Assembly (NCBI RefSeq): GCF_963853765.1
Contig: NC_088857.1
Location: 13,144,001-13,208,000 of the forward strand
DNA: 64,000 nt
Direction of reading: 5' to 3'
From: Magallana gigas
Lineage: Eukaryota
The position numbers and the translations under genes were made by a program. Shown piece by piece: positions 63,047 through 64,000 of the stretch. Position 1 is the stretch's first letter, and the number at the start of each line of letters is the position of its first letter. The notes under the pieces were generated by a model. The model had not been told where the DNA came from. It was given only the letters and a program-made list of their open reading frames with translations, and did not search any database.

Positions 63047-63893
63047 CGAAGATGACAGTCCGAAACACAGCAGGGACGGGACTCCGACAACCTTAAAGTG
63101 TCCGAAGAAAATGTACGGGTTACTCCTGGAGTCTGTGGAGAACTACATCAAGGAGAAATATGGAGAAGATGTCTGGGAGAAAATTCGGAAGATGTCCCAC
63201 GTGGAGACAATGGCATTCTCTACACACAAAAGATATTCCGAGAACATCATACCCGACATTGCTCAGGCATGTGCAATCGTTCTTGATCTCCCGGAGGAGG
63301 AAATCATGGACTCGTTTGGTGTGTCGTTCGTAACTTTTGTCGGCCAATATGGGTACGATAAAATTTTGAGTGTTCTAGGAAGGAACATGCGAGATTTTCT
63401 AAATGGATTAGATAATCTTCACGAGTACCTACGTTTCAGTTATCCAAAACTCAGACCACCTTCTTTCTTTTGCACGAATGAAAGCACCAGTGGATTGACT
63501 CTCCATTATCGAAGTAAAAGGAAAGGGTTCGTACATTACGTCAAAGGACAAATTCGACAAGTTGGAAAACTTTTTTACAAAGTAGAAATCCACATCGACG
63601 TTGTCAGCATTGAGGTTCATGATAATATGACGCATGTTGTATTCAGGTTACACTTCGAAAATGACGCTTACAAAGAAGAGATGGTCAAGCGACAAGCATT
63701 CGCTTCGAACTCCCTTCCATTGAACAGTGGCGTTTTCTTTAACCTTTTCCCGTTTCACATTGTCTTCACAAGAAGTTTTGAAATTAAGGGAATAGGCTCA
63801 GGGATTTCTGCAGTGTTTCCATCAGCGAAGGGACAAAAAATCAATGCGCTATTTACTCTAACCCGTCCACTCATAGATTTTAAATGGGATAAG
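63047..63893 (+). CDS. Gyc88E: Atypical soluble guanylyl cyclase (Gyc88E-like), exon encoding the whole H-NOX domain and start of HNOBA; canonical Met at 63111; gene continues right
   Basis: MYGLLLES...GQYGYDKILSVLGRNMRDFLNGLDNLHEYLRFSYP...HYRSKRKGFVHY; heme His and YxSxR present; TTGTAG acceptor, GTATGT donor. Confidence 0.95.
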
Positions 63894-64000
63894 GTATGTT
63901 CACCATAACATTTTTGTTTTTGTTTATAGACTTGAAACGGTTAACAAGAATATGTACTTTTACATCAAACTTCGATATGATTTGGGTATGAAAAAAATCT

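Overview
AT-rich, intron-containing animal genomic DNA with one 130-nt assembly gap (43200-43329). The repeat content (a 168-bp satellite inside a Helentron-type element, many MITEs) points to an oyster-like bivalve; this is an inference. I hand-spliced seven protein-coding loci: Suv4-20/KMT5 (-, first three coding exons, continues off the left edge); an orphan 265-aa gene (+); a CYTH/CyaB-like gene (+, complete, 176 aa); C18orf21/RMP24 (-, about 258 aa); PXMP4 (+, complete, 201 aa, head-to-head with C18orf21); a single-pass membrane protein with a Glu/Pro minisatellite tail (-); and the H-NOX exon of a Gyc88E-type atypical soluble guanylyl cyclase (+, runs off the right edge). Between them lie three Helentron/HINE-type elements, a decayed hAT transposase, a 5'-truncated LINE, a SINE, and MITEs with TA, TTAA, 5-, 6- and 9-bp target duplications. 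The most unusual structures are (i) a 1.8-kb non-coding element of nested palindromes and 30-bp hairpin arrays (9740-11538), (ii) TTAA-bounded DNA elements carrying tRNA-like A/B-box cassettes, and (iii) a foldback element whose arms are arrays of a 14-bp palindrome. No CRISPR, rRNA or intact tRNA gene was found. I cannot show from the sequence alone that any of these systems is new.
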